Origin: Syntrophales bacterium
GTDB lineage: Bacteria; Desulfobacterota; Syntrophia; Syntrophales; UBA2210
NCBI GenBank assembly: GCA_963666365.2
Contig: CAXXNF010000002.1
Coordinates: forward strand, 160,001 to 224,000
DNA length: 64,000 nt
Reading direction: 5' to 3'
The notes beneath the pieces were generated by a model. The model searched no databases and had not been told where the DNA came from. It saw only the letters and a list, made by a program, of their open reading frames with translations. Both the position numbers and the translations under genes were made by a program. Of this stretch, positions 41,929 to 50,871 are shown one piece after another (within the stretch, counting starts at the first letter, position 1; every line of letters starts with the position of its first letter).

Positions 41929-43404
41929 ATGGAGCTTAATGAGAAGATAGGTGTCCTCTTCAATCCGAAATCGGTCGCGATCATCGGGGCGTCGAGGACA
42001 ATCGGGAAATGGGGTTTCACCTTCACCCTGCACCTCATAAAGGGGGGCTACAGGGGCGCCGTGTATCCGATAAATCCCGGCGGCGGGACACTGATGGGGC
42101 TGCCGATATATCGGAGTCTGGGAGATGTTCCGGGACCGGTGGATGTCGCCTTCATTCTGCTTCCACCTGGAAAAGTCGCGGCCGCCGTTTCGGAATGCGG
42201 CGCCCTCGGAGTTTCGGCCGCGGTAGTTATTACTGCAGGATTCAGCGAGGTGGGCGAAGAAGGGCGGCGTCTGGAAGCGAAGATCGTCGAGGCTGCCCGG
42301 AAATGGGGAATCGCATTAATCGGACCCAATTGCGCCGGCATCGTAAGCACCGAGCCCATGAGTTTTTATTGCATGATGCAGCCGGTCTTCCCTCCCCCGG
42401 GACATGTGGCCATCGTATCGCAAAGCGGAAACATTGCAGGCTCGATACAGTTTATGTTCTGGAAGCAGGATGTGGGCATCAGCCGCGCGGTGAGCGTGGG
42501 AAATCAGGCGGTGCTCAGGGTCGAGGACATCCTGGAATATCTGATTGACGATAACGAAACGAGGGTTGTGGTCGCCTATCTGGAAGGCGTGCACGACGGT
42601 CGTCGATTTATTGATGTGGCCCGGCGGCTTACTCGTAAAAAACCCTTTATTGTCATCAAAGGGGGGCAATCTGAAAAAGGCGTCCAGGCGGCGCGCTCAC
42701 ATACGGGAGCCATCGCCGGTTCCGACGAGATCTTTAACGCGCTGTGCCGGCAGTGCGGGATCATTCGCGTGCACGATATAGAGGATCTATGCGATACGGC
42801 CGTCGCATTTCTTTCGCAGCCCGTTCCTCGAGGCAATCGAGTGGGTATTGTGGCGAATGGCGGCGGATGGGGTGTGCTGACGGCGGACGCCTGCGTAGGA
42901 GCCGGTCTTGATGTGGCGACGCTTCCAGAGGAAACGCTGAGACGGCTCGACGAGCGCCTGCCGAAATGGTGGAACCGACAGAACCCCGTCGATCTGGTAG
43001 CGGGCATGAGCCGCGGCGCATTCTTTAAAGCTGTTGAAATCGTTGCGCAGTCTGATGCAATAGACGGGATTATCTGCCTTGGATTCGGATACGGTCATGG
43101 GAATGTTGCCGCGCTGAATGAGGTACCCCATGATGAGGATCTTGACTATGAGGGCTATATTGACGCGACGCTGCACTCAGAAATCAGAGGGATGAATTTT
43201 CTGCTCAATGTGATCGACAGGTATAAAAAGCCGGTGCTCCTCGCGTCAGAGTTTATTGTAGGTGCTGATAATGACGGCAATCAGCCCATGATAGAACTTC
43301 GAAGAAGAAACGTTTTTGTCTATGCATCAGCCCGTAGGCCTGCCCGGGTCATGGAACGGATGGTGTTCTACGGGCGGTATCTGAATACTATTGCCGAAAA
43401 ATAA
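41929..43404 (+). CDS. Acetate/acyl-CoA ligase (ADP-forming) alpha-subunit-like CoA-binding protein
   Basis: FNPKSVAIIGAS, GPNCAG, SQSG, SVGNQA, SHTGAIAG (phospho-His), NGGGWGV, NPVDL; no ATP-grasp domain. Confidence 0.88.
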   Translation: MELNEKIGVLFNPKSVAIIGASRTIGKWGFTFTLHLIKGGYRGAVYPINPGGGTLMGLPIYRSLGDVPGPVDVAFILLPPGKVAAAVSECGALGVSAAVVITAGFSEVGEEGRRLEAKIVEAARKWGIALIGPNCAGIVSTEPMSFYCMMQPVFPPPGHVAIVSQSGNIAGSIQFMFWKQDVGISRAVSVGNQAVLRVEDILEYLIDDNETRVVVAYLEGVHDGRRFIDVARRLTRKKPFIVIKGGQSEKGVQAARSHTGAIAGSDEIFNALCRQCGIIRVHDIEDLCDTAVAFLSQPVPRGNRVGIVANGGGWGVLTADACVGAGLDVATLPEETLRRLDERLPKWWNRQNPVDLVAGMSRGAFFKAVEIVAQSDAIDGIICLGFGYGHGNVAALNEVPHDEDLDYEGYIDATLHSEIRGMNFLLNVIDRYKKPVLLASEFIVGADNDGNQPMIELRRRNVFVYASARRPARVMERMVFYGRYLNTIAEK

Positions 43405-43432
43405 GGGCCATGGTTTCTGGCCATGGCCCTTA
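43402..43432. terminator. Perfect 12-bp stem-loop between convergent genes
   Basis: TAAGGGCCATGG-tttctgg-CCATGGCCCTTA. Confidence 0.6.
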
Positions 43433-43457
43433 CACGTTCTTATGTCGTGGGGCTAAG

Positions 43458-44801
43458 CTATTTCTTGCACCGTTCGAGGTCGGGTGCAACCGATGGGGTG
43501 ACAAATTCCGCCGGAGCCCTGAATACGAAGCCCTGCGAGGCCTGATCGTCATAATAGGCATTGGGGTAAATGAACTCGGTGATGTACATATCCTGAATCG
43601 TTTCGTGGTCGCAGGCCCTCATTTTCTTGACGCCCCAGATGGTTTCGAATTCGTCTCCTTCCCATTGGGCGATGATTTTTTCGGGGTCGGTGCTGCCCGC
43701 CCGTTCCATGACGCTGAAGAGCCAGTAAAGCCCGAAAGCCGCATCCCCGAAGACACCGCCGGGCCATTTGTAGAGGGGAGTGTTATAAGGCTTGTCCCAC
43801 TTCTGCCATTGGTCATTCCACATTTTTGTATATTTCTTTGCCGCGTCGTCTTTATCGGGGACCATCCAGCAATAGGCGTTGACCATACCGTTGGTGCCTC
43901 TCGGTCCTACCTTCGAGAGTGAATTCGGCTCGTTCATGTAGATGTTGGCGATGGGCAGGTAAATTCCCAGACTTCGGGCCTGGGTGATCAGGTTGCCGCC
44001 GTCGGGCATCCAGTCGGCCGAGTAGATGACCTCGGCCCCGGAGGCCTGAATTTTGGTCAGGTAGGGGGCAAAATCTTTCAGGAAGAGCGGGTGGTAGTCT
44101 TCACCGACGATTTCGGCGTCGGGCCGGTATTTTTTCAGGGCGGTCTTGAATCCCTCGGCCATGGAGTGGCCGTAGGTATAATCCTGGCAGAGGATATAGA
44201 ATTTTTTCTCCCAGCGGTGTTTATAAAAATAGCCCAGCGCGGCGCCATGGACCTCGGCTTTCTGAAGGGTCCGGAAGCTGTAGCGGTTGAAGTTCTTCCC
44301 GTCCATGAGAACATCCGAGAGGGCATGGGTGTTGACATAGATCTTTTTATATTTTTTTGCCACTGTCTGAATGACCACCGAGATGTGGCTCCCCGTTGTC
44401 CCGTGAAGCGCATCCACCTTTTCTTCGAGACAGAGCCGTTCCGCTTCTTTTTTTGTTTTTGCCGGCTGTGTCAGGGTATCGCCTTTGATGAGCTCGATTT
44501 TTTTCATCTTTCCGTCAACCATGATGCCGCCCCGCTTATTGAGGTCATGGGCGACCCAGGCCGCAACGAGAAAATAGATCTCTCCGTTTCCCGCTCCCGG
44601 ACCGGAAAAGGGATCCATAAGACCGATCTTGATCGTGTCTCCTTCGGGGTTGACCCACTTGTTGGCGTCAAAATCGGACATGTCGGACATTTTAGATACG
44701 TCAAATTTCGCATTGGCCGCTGCAGCCGCCGATACGCCGGCGCCCAGCAGAATAAGGACGCACAGTACAGCAGGTAGGACAATCTTTACATGGTGTTTCA
44801 T
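43458..44801 (-). CDS. ABC transporter substrate-binding protein, LivJ/branched-chain type
   Basis: Signal peptide, IKIGLMDPFSGP, QDYTYGHS, DFAPYLTKI, MRACDH. Confidence 0.88.
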   Translation of the reverse strand: MKHHVKIVLPAVLCVLILLGAGVSAAAAANAKFDVSKMSDMSDFDANKWVNPEGDTIKIGLMDPFSGPGAGNGEIYFLVAAWVAHDLNKRGGIMVDGKMKKIELIKGDTLTQPAKTKKEAERLCLEEKVDALHGTTGSHISVVIQTVAKKYKKIYVNTHALSDVLMDGKNFNRYSFRTLQKAEVHGAALGYFYKHRWEKKFYILCQDYTYGHSMAEGFKTALKKYRPDAEIVGEDYHPLFLKDFAPYLTKIQASGAEVIYSADWMPDGGNLITQARSLGIYLPIANIYMNEPNSLSKVGPRGTNGMVNAYCWMVPDKDDAAKKYTKMWNDQWQKWDKPYNTPLYKWPGGVFGDAAFGLYWLFSVMERAGSTDPEKIIAQWEGDEFETIWGVKKMRACDHETIQDMYITEFIYPNAYYDDQASQGFVFRAPAEFVTPSVAPDLERCKK

Positions 44802-45043
44802 TAGTATTACCTCCTTTATGTGGCATGTATCTGCATAGATTTCCTCATGAAATCAATTGCATTCGAACATGCGATGAGATGATGCTCCTGTAAATTTCCT
44901 CCTTCCCGAGAGGATATAACAATACACCATTTCACCTGCTTAAATCGGTATGACTAGTGAAAAGATAACGAATATAGTAACAAATATTTTGATTGAGTCA
45001 ACAAATAATAAATTGTATTCTGTACATCGCCGTACGGGCATAG

Positions 45044-46384
45044 TTATTCAACAACGACGGCAATTCGACTCCTGACAGGGATGTTCGTTGATTGAAGCCC
45101 GGGACGTTGTCCATGCAAGTCGAATTGCAGTTTGACCTGCGGCCTGAAAATAAGGCAATGGGTGGAACCGCCGAAGTGGAACATCCCAAGTTGATCCCCC
45201 TTCTTCACATGCTGGCCCTCACGGACAGTGATGTCATTTGAGGACACCTCTGCCATGCCGACACACATAACGCACATCAAACCGATGTCCCGATTGTCGG
45301 CCTCAATGAAGATCAATGCACGGGAGGCTACCTGTGTAATGTATCCCTGTGATTCGTTGGGTCCTGCCGGGTCAAACCCTTCGGACAGGGCTTCAGCATA
45401 ATCCGAACCGTCAATAAGACGGGTTTTCAGAATTTTCCCGCTGACGGGGCTGTGCCAGCGATGATAACTCAGCGCACTGAGAAAGGCCTGATAAATTGTG
45501 CCGCCGACAAACTGCTCCACAAGAGGGTCCATTGCCATCATGTGCTGAAGCGAATAAGGCTGTGCTTTAATCCAAAAACGGTCTAACAGTTTTACATCTG
45601 TGGCGATCTTGTATGGCGCAGATTCACAGGCGTTTGCGATAACCCTCTCATCCTGGGGACTCGCTACCGGACGCCGCCCCTCTCGAAATCTTCGGGTGAA
45701 AAAATTATCCCATGAGGTAAATCCATGGCAGGGAAGGGTGGGGTCGCATACGAAGTCCTTTGCAAAATCAGGCATTGCCTCTTGGGCATCCTGCCCGAAC
45801 CATCCTTTCCGGGGGTCCTTATTCAACACGTAGCATGAGTCCGCCGAGTTCAAGAATCGCGCCCACTGGTTCAGTATTATTTTCAATTGCCGGTTCACCT
45901 TTTCGTTCAGGAAAGCCATTGTTCCGGCAGGCGTACCCATGGGCCAGGCAAGGATGGCATTGATGGGAAAACCAACCAGGCCAGTCTTATTGAATTCCGG
46001 CGCCGTGGTCAAAATCCGGTTCATGGCTCTAAGCATCTGGCGATAGGTTGTGATCCGGGGGGGTCCTGTAGGATCCCTGCTGAAAGATTTGCTGTGGGGC
46101 ACTTGGTCGAACATTTGGTTGAACAGCATATATAATTGGGGATCTTCTTCTATTATGTGTTTGAATTCCTCAACCACAGGCAATAAAGGTTTTTCTGAGG
46201 ATTCCGTTTCTTTGATCAGCTTTGCCATCCAGCGATCCAACAAAAGCTGATCCGAGGGCAGCCATTTTCCTACGCCGTAAGGCGCAGACGTTTCTGTCGA
46301 TTCGGCAACCGCCTTGTGTCCGAGAGTAAAGAAGATACAAATCAGCGCCAGCGAAATAATGAAAAACAAAATGGTTTTTTTCAT
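45044..46384 (-). CDS. Phosphatidylserine decarboxylase-family protein with N-terminal PSD-associated domain (PsiD-like subfamily)
   Basis: GLVGFPINAIL.WPMGT, SWDNFFTR.F, AFLSALSYHRWHSPV, GMAEVSS, FHFGGST self-cleavage motif; N-terminal signal peptide. Confidence 0.88.
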   Translation of the reverse strand: MKKTILFFIISLALICIFFTLGHKAVAESTETSAPYGVGKWLPSDQLLLDRWMAKLIKETESSEKPLLPVVEEFKHIIEEDPQLYMLFNQMFDQVPHSKSFSRDPTGPPRITTYRQMLRAMNRILTTAPEFNKTGLVGFPINAILAWPMGTPAGTMAFLNEKVNRQLKIILNQWARFLNSADSCYVLNKDPRKGWFGQDAQEAMPDFAKDFVCDPTLPCHGFTSWDNFFTRRFREGRRPVASPQDERVIANACESAPYKIATDVKLLDRFWIKAQPYSLQHMMAMDPLVEQFVGGTIYQAFLSALSYHRWHSPVSGKILKTRLIDGSDYAEALSEGFDPAGPNESQGYITQVASRALIFIEADNRDIGLMCVMCVGMAEVSSNDITVREGQHVKKGDQLGMFHFGGSTHCLIFRPQVKLQFDLHGQRPGLQSTNIPVRSRIAVVVE

Positions 46385-46401
46385 GTCCCTATCCGATCTC
46401 T

Positions 46402-46602
46402 TCAGCTAAGCAAAATGGAAACATCTTTTTCCGTATTCGTTTTGTCGCCCACTGAAGTGCCGCAGTACACACAGGTGTAGTCGTATTTCTCCCCGTTCGC
46501 AAGAACGAGCAGGAGTCTTTTTCTTACGGGAACGGAACGCTTGCACCGGGGGCAGTAAAGCTCCGTGGCATCGAAATCGCCGAAACTGTCTCTTCCTCTC
46601 AT
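46402..46602 (-). CDS. Small zinc-ribbon hypothetical protein
   Basis: CPRC...CVYC in about 66 aa; starts immediately after the nadE stop. Confidence 0.75.
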   Translation of the reverse strand: MRGRDSFGDFDATELYCPRCKRSVPVRKRLLLVLANGEKYDYTCVYCGTSVGDKTNTEKDVSILLS

Positions 46603-46604
46603 AG

Positions 46605-48665
46605 TCACTCTTCTCTTTCAGGGATGGTGTGCGCATTTTCAAGCCAGACCGTTGCCTCGCTGTCACTTGGCGCCCGATAGTCGCCCCGGGGCGAGAGCGA
46701 TCCCCCCGAACCCACTTTGGGACCGTTGGGGATGCAACTCCGTTTGAACTGGCTGGTCTTGAAGAATCGATGGAGATATATCACCAGCCAATGTTTGATA
46801 TCTTCAATGGCATATTCATTTCTTCTGTGTTTCGGCACATCGGGCCAGAATCCCCTGGTCCTGTCGTGCCAGGCACAGTATGCCATGAAGGCCACTTTGG
46901 CGGGAAGGTATCCCAGCCTGGTAATATAGAAATTATTGAAATCCTGAAGTTCATAAGGTCCGATGGTGGATTCGGTCTTCTGCGCCGGTTCGTTGTTCGA
47001 TGTGCCGGGGATTAATTCGGGACTTATCTCCGTTTCCAGAATGTCGATAAGCGCCGCGACGGTATCGGTGCCGAATTGTTCTGATGTAGCAACCCAGCGT
47101 ATCAGGTGCTGGATAAGGGTTTTGGGAACGCTGGCATTCACATTGTAATGGGACATGTGATCCCCCACGCCATAGGTACACCACCCGAGCGCGAGTTCGC
47201 TGAGATCGCCCGTTCCCACCACGAGACCCTTTCTGAAATTGGCTATTCTGAAAAGGTGGGACGTCCTTTCACCGGCCTGCACATTTTCAAATGTAATGTC
47301 GTACAGTTCCTTCCCTTCGGTGAAAGGATGGCCGATATCCTGCATCATCTGCATGCAACTGGGCCTGATGTCCAGTTCGTTGACTTCGACGCCGAGAGAA
47401 TGCATGAGTCTGAGTGCATTGGCGTATGTCTTCTCAGAGGTGGCGAACCCCGGCATGGTGTATGCTTTTATGTTCGAACGGGGAAGGTTGAGGAAATCCA
47501 TGGTCTTTGCTGTAACGATGAGGGCGTGGGTCGAATCGAGGCCGCCCGATACACCTATTACCGCGTTTGCGGTGCCGGACGATTCGAGTCGTTTCGCCAG
47601 TCCCTGTATCTGAATATTAAAGATTTCATAGCAGCGTTGATCTCGCTTGTCAGGATCAGAAGGGATATAGGGAAACCGGGAATAGGCCCTGTCGAGAAGC
47701 ATGCGCTTCCGAGGAATCGTGACTGAAAATGAAATCGTTCTGAATCGCCGCGCCCAATCCTGGTGGGTTCTCATATTCTGCCCGAAGCTGTTGGTTCGCA
47801 TGCGATCCTGGGAGAGCCTGTCCAGATCGATATCGGTCGTGATCACCTGCGGTGTCTTAAGGAATCGTTCCGATTCCGCCAGCAGGTTTCCGTTTTCATA
47901 GATGAGGGCATGGCCGTCCCAGGCCAAATCGGTGGTGGATTCGCCGTATCCTGCGGCAGTGTAGAGGTAGGCGGCGATACATCGGGCCGACTGGTTCGCG
48001 ACCAGTTCACGGCGAAATTCCGATTTCCCCACGGTAATATTTGAGGCGGAAAGGTTTCCTATGAGTGTGGCGCCGGCGAGCGAAGCGAGACTGGAAGGCG
48101 GAATGGGCACCCAGACGTCCTCGCACATTTCAATGAAGAATTTGAAATTCTTTATGTTATGTACGTCGAAAATGAGATCGGCGCCGAAGGGGATGTTGAT
48201 CTGCCCGCAGAGTGCGATTGTTTTGGAAATGGCGCTCTCGGCGGGGCTGAACTGGCGGTATTCATAAAATTCGCGGTAGTTTGGCAGGTATGATTTTACC
48301 GCGATTCCCCTGATGTGACCCTTATGAAGCACGATTCCGCAGTTGAAAAGAAGGTTGTCTACCTTGAGCGGAGCGCCCACAACCAATATGATGCCAAGAT
48401 TCTTTGTTTCGTCGATTATCTGTTTCAGCGTCGAAAGCACTCCTGTCAGAAGCGCCTCCTGATGAAAAAGGTCCTCATTCGAGTAGGCTGAGAGGCCAAG
48501 TTCCGGGAAAAGGGCAAAAAGAGCCCCTTTTTCGGCTGCCCGGCGGGCCAGTGCCAGGGTTGTTTCACCATTATAGGAGGGGTCCGCGACCCTGACTTCA
48601 GGTATGCACAGCGCTACTTTAATGAACCCATGAGTGTAGAGATTGAAATATTTTTTACTATCCAT
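46605..48665 (-). CDS. nadE: Glutamine-dependent NAD+ synthetase
   Basis: Nitrilase domain (FPEL, KSYLPNYREFYE, CEDVW) plus SGGLDST, ENVQAGERT, GTGDLSE. Confidence 0.96.
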   Translation of the reverse strand: MDSKKYFNLYTHGFIKVALCIPEVRVADPSYNGETTLALARRAAEKGALFALFPELGLSAYSNEDLFHQEALLTGVLSTLKQIIDETKNLGIILVVGAPLKVDNLLFNCGIVLHKGHIRGIAVKSYLPNYREFYEYRQFSPAESAISKTIALCGQINIPFGADLIFDVHNIKNFKFFIEMCEDVWVPIPPSSLASLAGATLIGNLSASNITVGKSEFRRELVANQSARCIAAYLYTAAGYGESTTDLAWDGHALIYENGNLLAESERFLKTPQVITTDIDLDRLSQDRMRTNSFGQNMRTHQDWARRFRTISFSVTIPRKRMLLDRAYSRFPYIPSDPDKRDQRCYEIFNIQIQGLAKRLESSGTANAVIGVSGGLDSTHALIVTAKTMDFLNLPRSNIKAYTMPGFATSEKTYANALRLMHSLGVEVNELDIRPSCMQMMQDIGHPFTEGKELYDITFENVQAGERTSHLFRIANFRKGLVVGTGDLSELALGWCTYGVGDHMSHYNVNASVPKTLIQHLIRWVATSEQFGTDTVAALIDILETEISPELIPGTSNNEPAQKTESTIGPYELQDFNNFYITRLGYLPAKVAFMAYCAWHDRTRGFWPDVPKHRRNEYAIEDIKHWLVIYLHRFFKTSQFKRSCIPNGPKVGSGGSLSPRGDYRAPSDSEATVWLENAHTIPEREE

Positions 48666-48719
48666 TTTCCGCCTGTTTCACACTTTGCAGAAACCCGATG
48701 CCTTTCGTTTGGTTTTGTA

Positions 48720-48748
48720 ATTATGGATGAAAGATCCCTATCTTTCAA
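48720..48748 (-). promoter_or_regulatory. Sigma70 promoter of nadE with overlapping palindrome
   Basis: TTGAAA-N17-CATAAT; TGAAAGAT-N4-ATCTTTCA at 48728-48747. Confidence 0.55.
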
Positions 48749-48817
48749 CAGAAAACTTGAGGAAAAAGCCTGCGCAGCAGCCATGGGTGCAGACGTGGAG
48801 AGAGTGTGCACTGGTAG

Positions 48818-49273
48818 TTACGGGGCGAGCAGGTTCGCTATGTGCGCCTCTATTTCTTTTTTAGGGTGTGCACCCACCATACGATCAACAAGCGTGCCGT
48901 CCTTGAAGAAAAGCAAAGTTGGAATACTTTGTATGCGATAATGCGATGCCGTGGCGGGGTTTTCATCGACATTCAGTTTTGCAACCTTGATTCTTCCTGT
49001 AAATTCCGCTGCGAGCTGCTCCATGATCGGGCCCACCATCCGGCAGGGTCCACACCAGGGCGCCCAGCAGTCCACAAGCACCGGCAGCGGGGATGCACGC
49101 ACCTCTCTTTCAAATGAGGCATCGCTGATATCTGCGGGGCGGCTTGAAACACCGCCCAGAGCGAGCGGCGCACGGCATTTCGCGCATATCGGCCTGTCAT
49201 TGAGACGTGTCTTCGGAATTCTGTTTTTTGTACCACAGTTCCTGCAGGGGATAATAATGCTGTCGTGCACCAT
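48818..49273 (-). CDS. trxC: Thioredoxin 2 (N-terminal zinc finger)
   Basis: CRNC..NR..CAKC plus WAPWCGPC. Confidence 0.92.
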   Translation of the reverse strand: MVHDSIIIPCRNCGTKNRIPKTRLNDRPICAKCRAPLALGGVSSRPADISDASFEREVRASPLPVLVDCWAPWCGPCRMVGPIMEQLAAEFTGRIKVAKLNVDENPATASHYRIQSIPTLLFFKDGTLVDRMVGAHPKKEIEAHIANLLAP

Positions 49274-49285
49274 TGCGTGCCTCCT

Positions 49286-49774
49286 TTAGGATGAGATGCC
49301 CACGGTCACGTACTGTGGATGGAGGATGGCGACCAGATCAGAAGGTGACATCTCGACAAGAAATCCCCTGCGGCCACCGTTTATCAGCAGATAGGGAAGG
49401 TCTTGTATGCTTTCCTCCATATAGACGGGAAGTGTCTCTTTTGTGCCGAAAGGGGAGGTGCCGCCCACCATGTACCCTGTATGTCGCTGTGCAACTTTGG
49501 GGTCGCAGGGTGTGATCGATTTGACTCCCAGCTCCCGTGCCAGCGCCTTGGTCGATACCTCCATATCACCATGCATGAGAATGATAAACGGTCGCGCATC
49601 GTGGTCTTCCATCACCAGGGTCTTGACGGTCAGGTGCTCATCCACTGCAAGCTCGCGCGCCGCCACCCTGGTGCCCCCCCGCTCCTGATATTTGTAAGGA
49701 CGGGGAGTGAATGCAACGCACTGTTCTTTCAGCAGGCGAATTGCCGGAGTCGAGGGGGTTTTTTCCTTACTCAT
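49286..49774 (-). CDS. ybaK: Cys-tRNA(Pro) deacylase YbaK
   Basis: TPAIRLL, VKTLV, TGYMVGGTSPFG, INGGRRG. Confidence 0.92.
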   Translation of the reverse strand: MSKEKTPSTPAIRLLKEQCVAFTPRPYKYQERGGTRVAARELAVDEHLTVKTLVMEDHDARPFIILMHGDMEVSTKALARELGVKSITPCDPKVAQRHTGYMVGGTSPFGTKETLPVYMEESIQDLPYLLINGGRRGFLVEMSPSDLVAILHPQYVTVGISS

Positions 49775-49837
49775 GGTTCAGCATGCTATATCCGATAAAT
49801 GACATCCGCCCCTATCCTCAACGCTTCCATTCACCCT

Positions 49838-49873
49838 TTCCTACCCTTCTTACTCTTCCTACTTTTCCTACTT
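49838..49873. repeat. Four tandem 9-bp units (TTCYTACYY)
   Basis: TTCCTACCC TTCTTACTC TTCCTACTT TTCCTACTT overlapping the etfA stop codon by one base. Confidence 0.75.
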
Positions 49874-50871
49874 TATTTATGTTCCTTCAGCGATTCGATC
49901 AGTGCCGGAATTATGTCTTTGTAGTCGCCCACAAGCCCCAGGTCGCAGTGATCGAATATCGCCGCCGCCGGATCCTGATTCACGGCCACCTTCAAATCGG
50001 TGTTTTTAATGCCCACGATATGGTGCATGTGGCCGGAAATGCCTATGCCGATGTACAGTTTCGGGTACACGGTGCGACCGCTCTGTCCGATCATCTGGTC
50101 ATGGTCCGTCCAGCCCTCGTCCGTGGGGGGGCGGGTCGCTCCCACCGCACCGTTGAGAAGGGCGGCCAATTCTTCAACGTAATGCCAATTTTCCTTGCCC
50201 CCGATTCCGTAGCCGCCGACAACGACTATCTCGGCACTTTCGAGGTCGCCTTCTTGTATCTCTTCCTGATAGGTTTCCACGATGTGGTAGGGGCGGTCTC
50301 CTTCCGAGACGGTTGCGTCGATTGGAATGATGGATCCCTTTGCCTGTCCGGATTCGGGCACGTCAAACACCCCGGGGTTGACAGACACCATCTGAGGCCG
50401 TGTGCGGGGACAGTAAATTCGCCCCAGGTAATTGCCTCCCGACCAGGGAATGACGGCGATCAGCTCTCCCCTGTCATTCAGTTCGAGATCGATGGAATGG
50501 GCCGACAAGCCCGTGCGGAGACGCGCCGCCAAACGGGGACCGAGATCGGTTCCCATCGCAGTGGCGCCTATAATGAACGCTTCCGGCTGAAACGAAGTTA
50601 TGGCCCGTTCCAGCACCCTGACATAGGTTCCGTTGCAATACTCTTCGAGCAGGGGGTCGTCGGCAAGAAGCACTTCATCGGCGCCATAGGAGAGAAGCAG
50701 ATCGGCCGTGTGTGTCACCCCGTGTCCGATCAGCACAGCGCCCACCTTCCAACCGACCCCGGAGGCAAGCGCAAGGGCCTTGCCCAGTAGTTCAAGCCCC
50801 ACATCGGCAAGTATGCCGCGGCGTTGTTCAATAAAAACCCATAACTTGCTTTCCGGTGTCTTTTTATCCAT
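49873..50871 (-). CDS. etfA: Electron transfer flavoprotein alpha subunit
   Basis: LWVFIEQ, DLGPRLAARLRTGL, GATRP, IGQSGRTVYPKLYIGIGISG. Confidence 0.94.
   Translation of the reverse strand: MDKKTPESKLWVFIEQRRGILADVGLELLGKALALASGVGWKVGAVLIGHGVTHTADLLLSYGADEVLLADDPLLEEYCNGTYVRVLERAITSFQPEAFIIGATAMGTDLGPRLAARLRTGLSAHSIDLELNDRGELIAVIPWSGGNYLGRIYCPRTRPQMVSVNPGVFDVPESGQAKGSIIPIDATVSEGDRPYHIVETYQEEIQEGDLESAEIVVVGGYGIGGKENWHYVEELAALLNGAVGATRPPTDEGWTDHDQMIGQSGRTVYPKLYIGIGISGHMHHIVGIKNTDLKVAVNQDPAAAIFDHCDLGLVGDYKDIIPALIESLKEHK

Noticed and set aside
44821..44835. TGGCAT...TGCA as a sigma54 promoter
   Set aside because: GG-to-GC spacing is one base short and it points away from any gene start
49711..50790. 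359-aa plus-strand ORF
   Set aside because: Antisense to etfA; no motifs; includes the translated nonamer repeat
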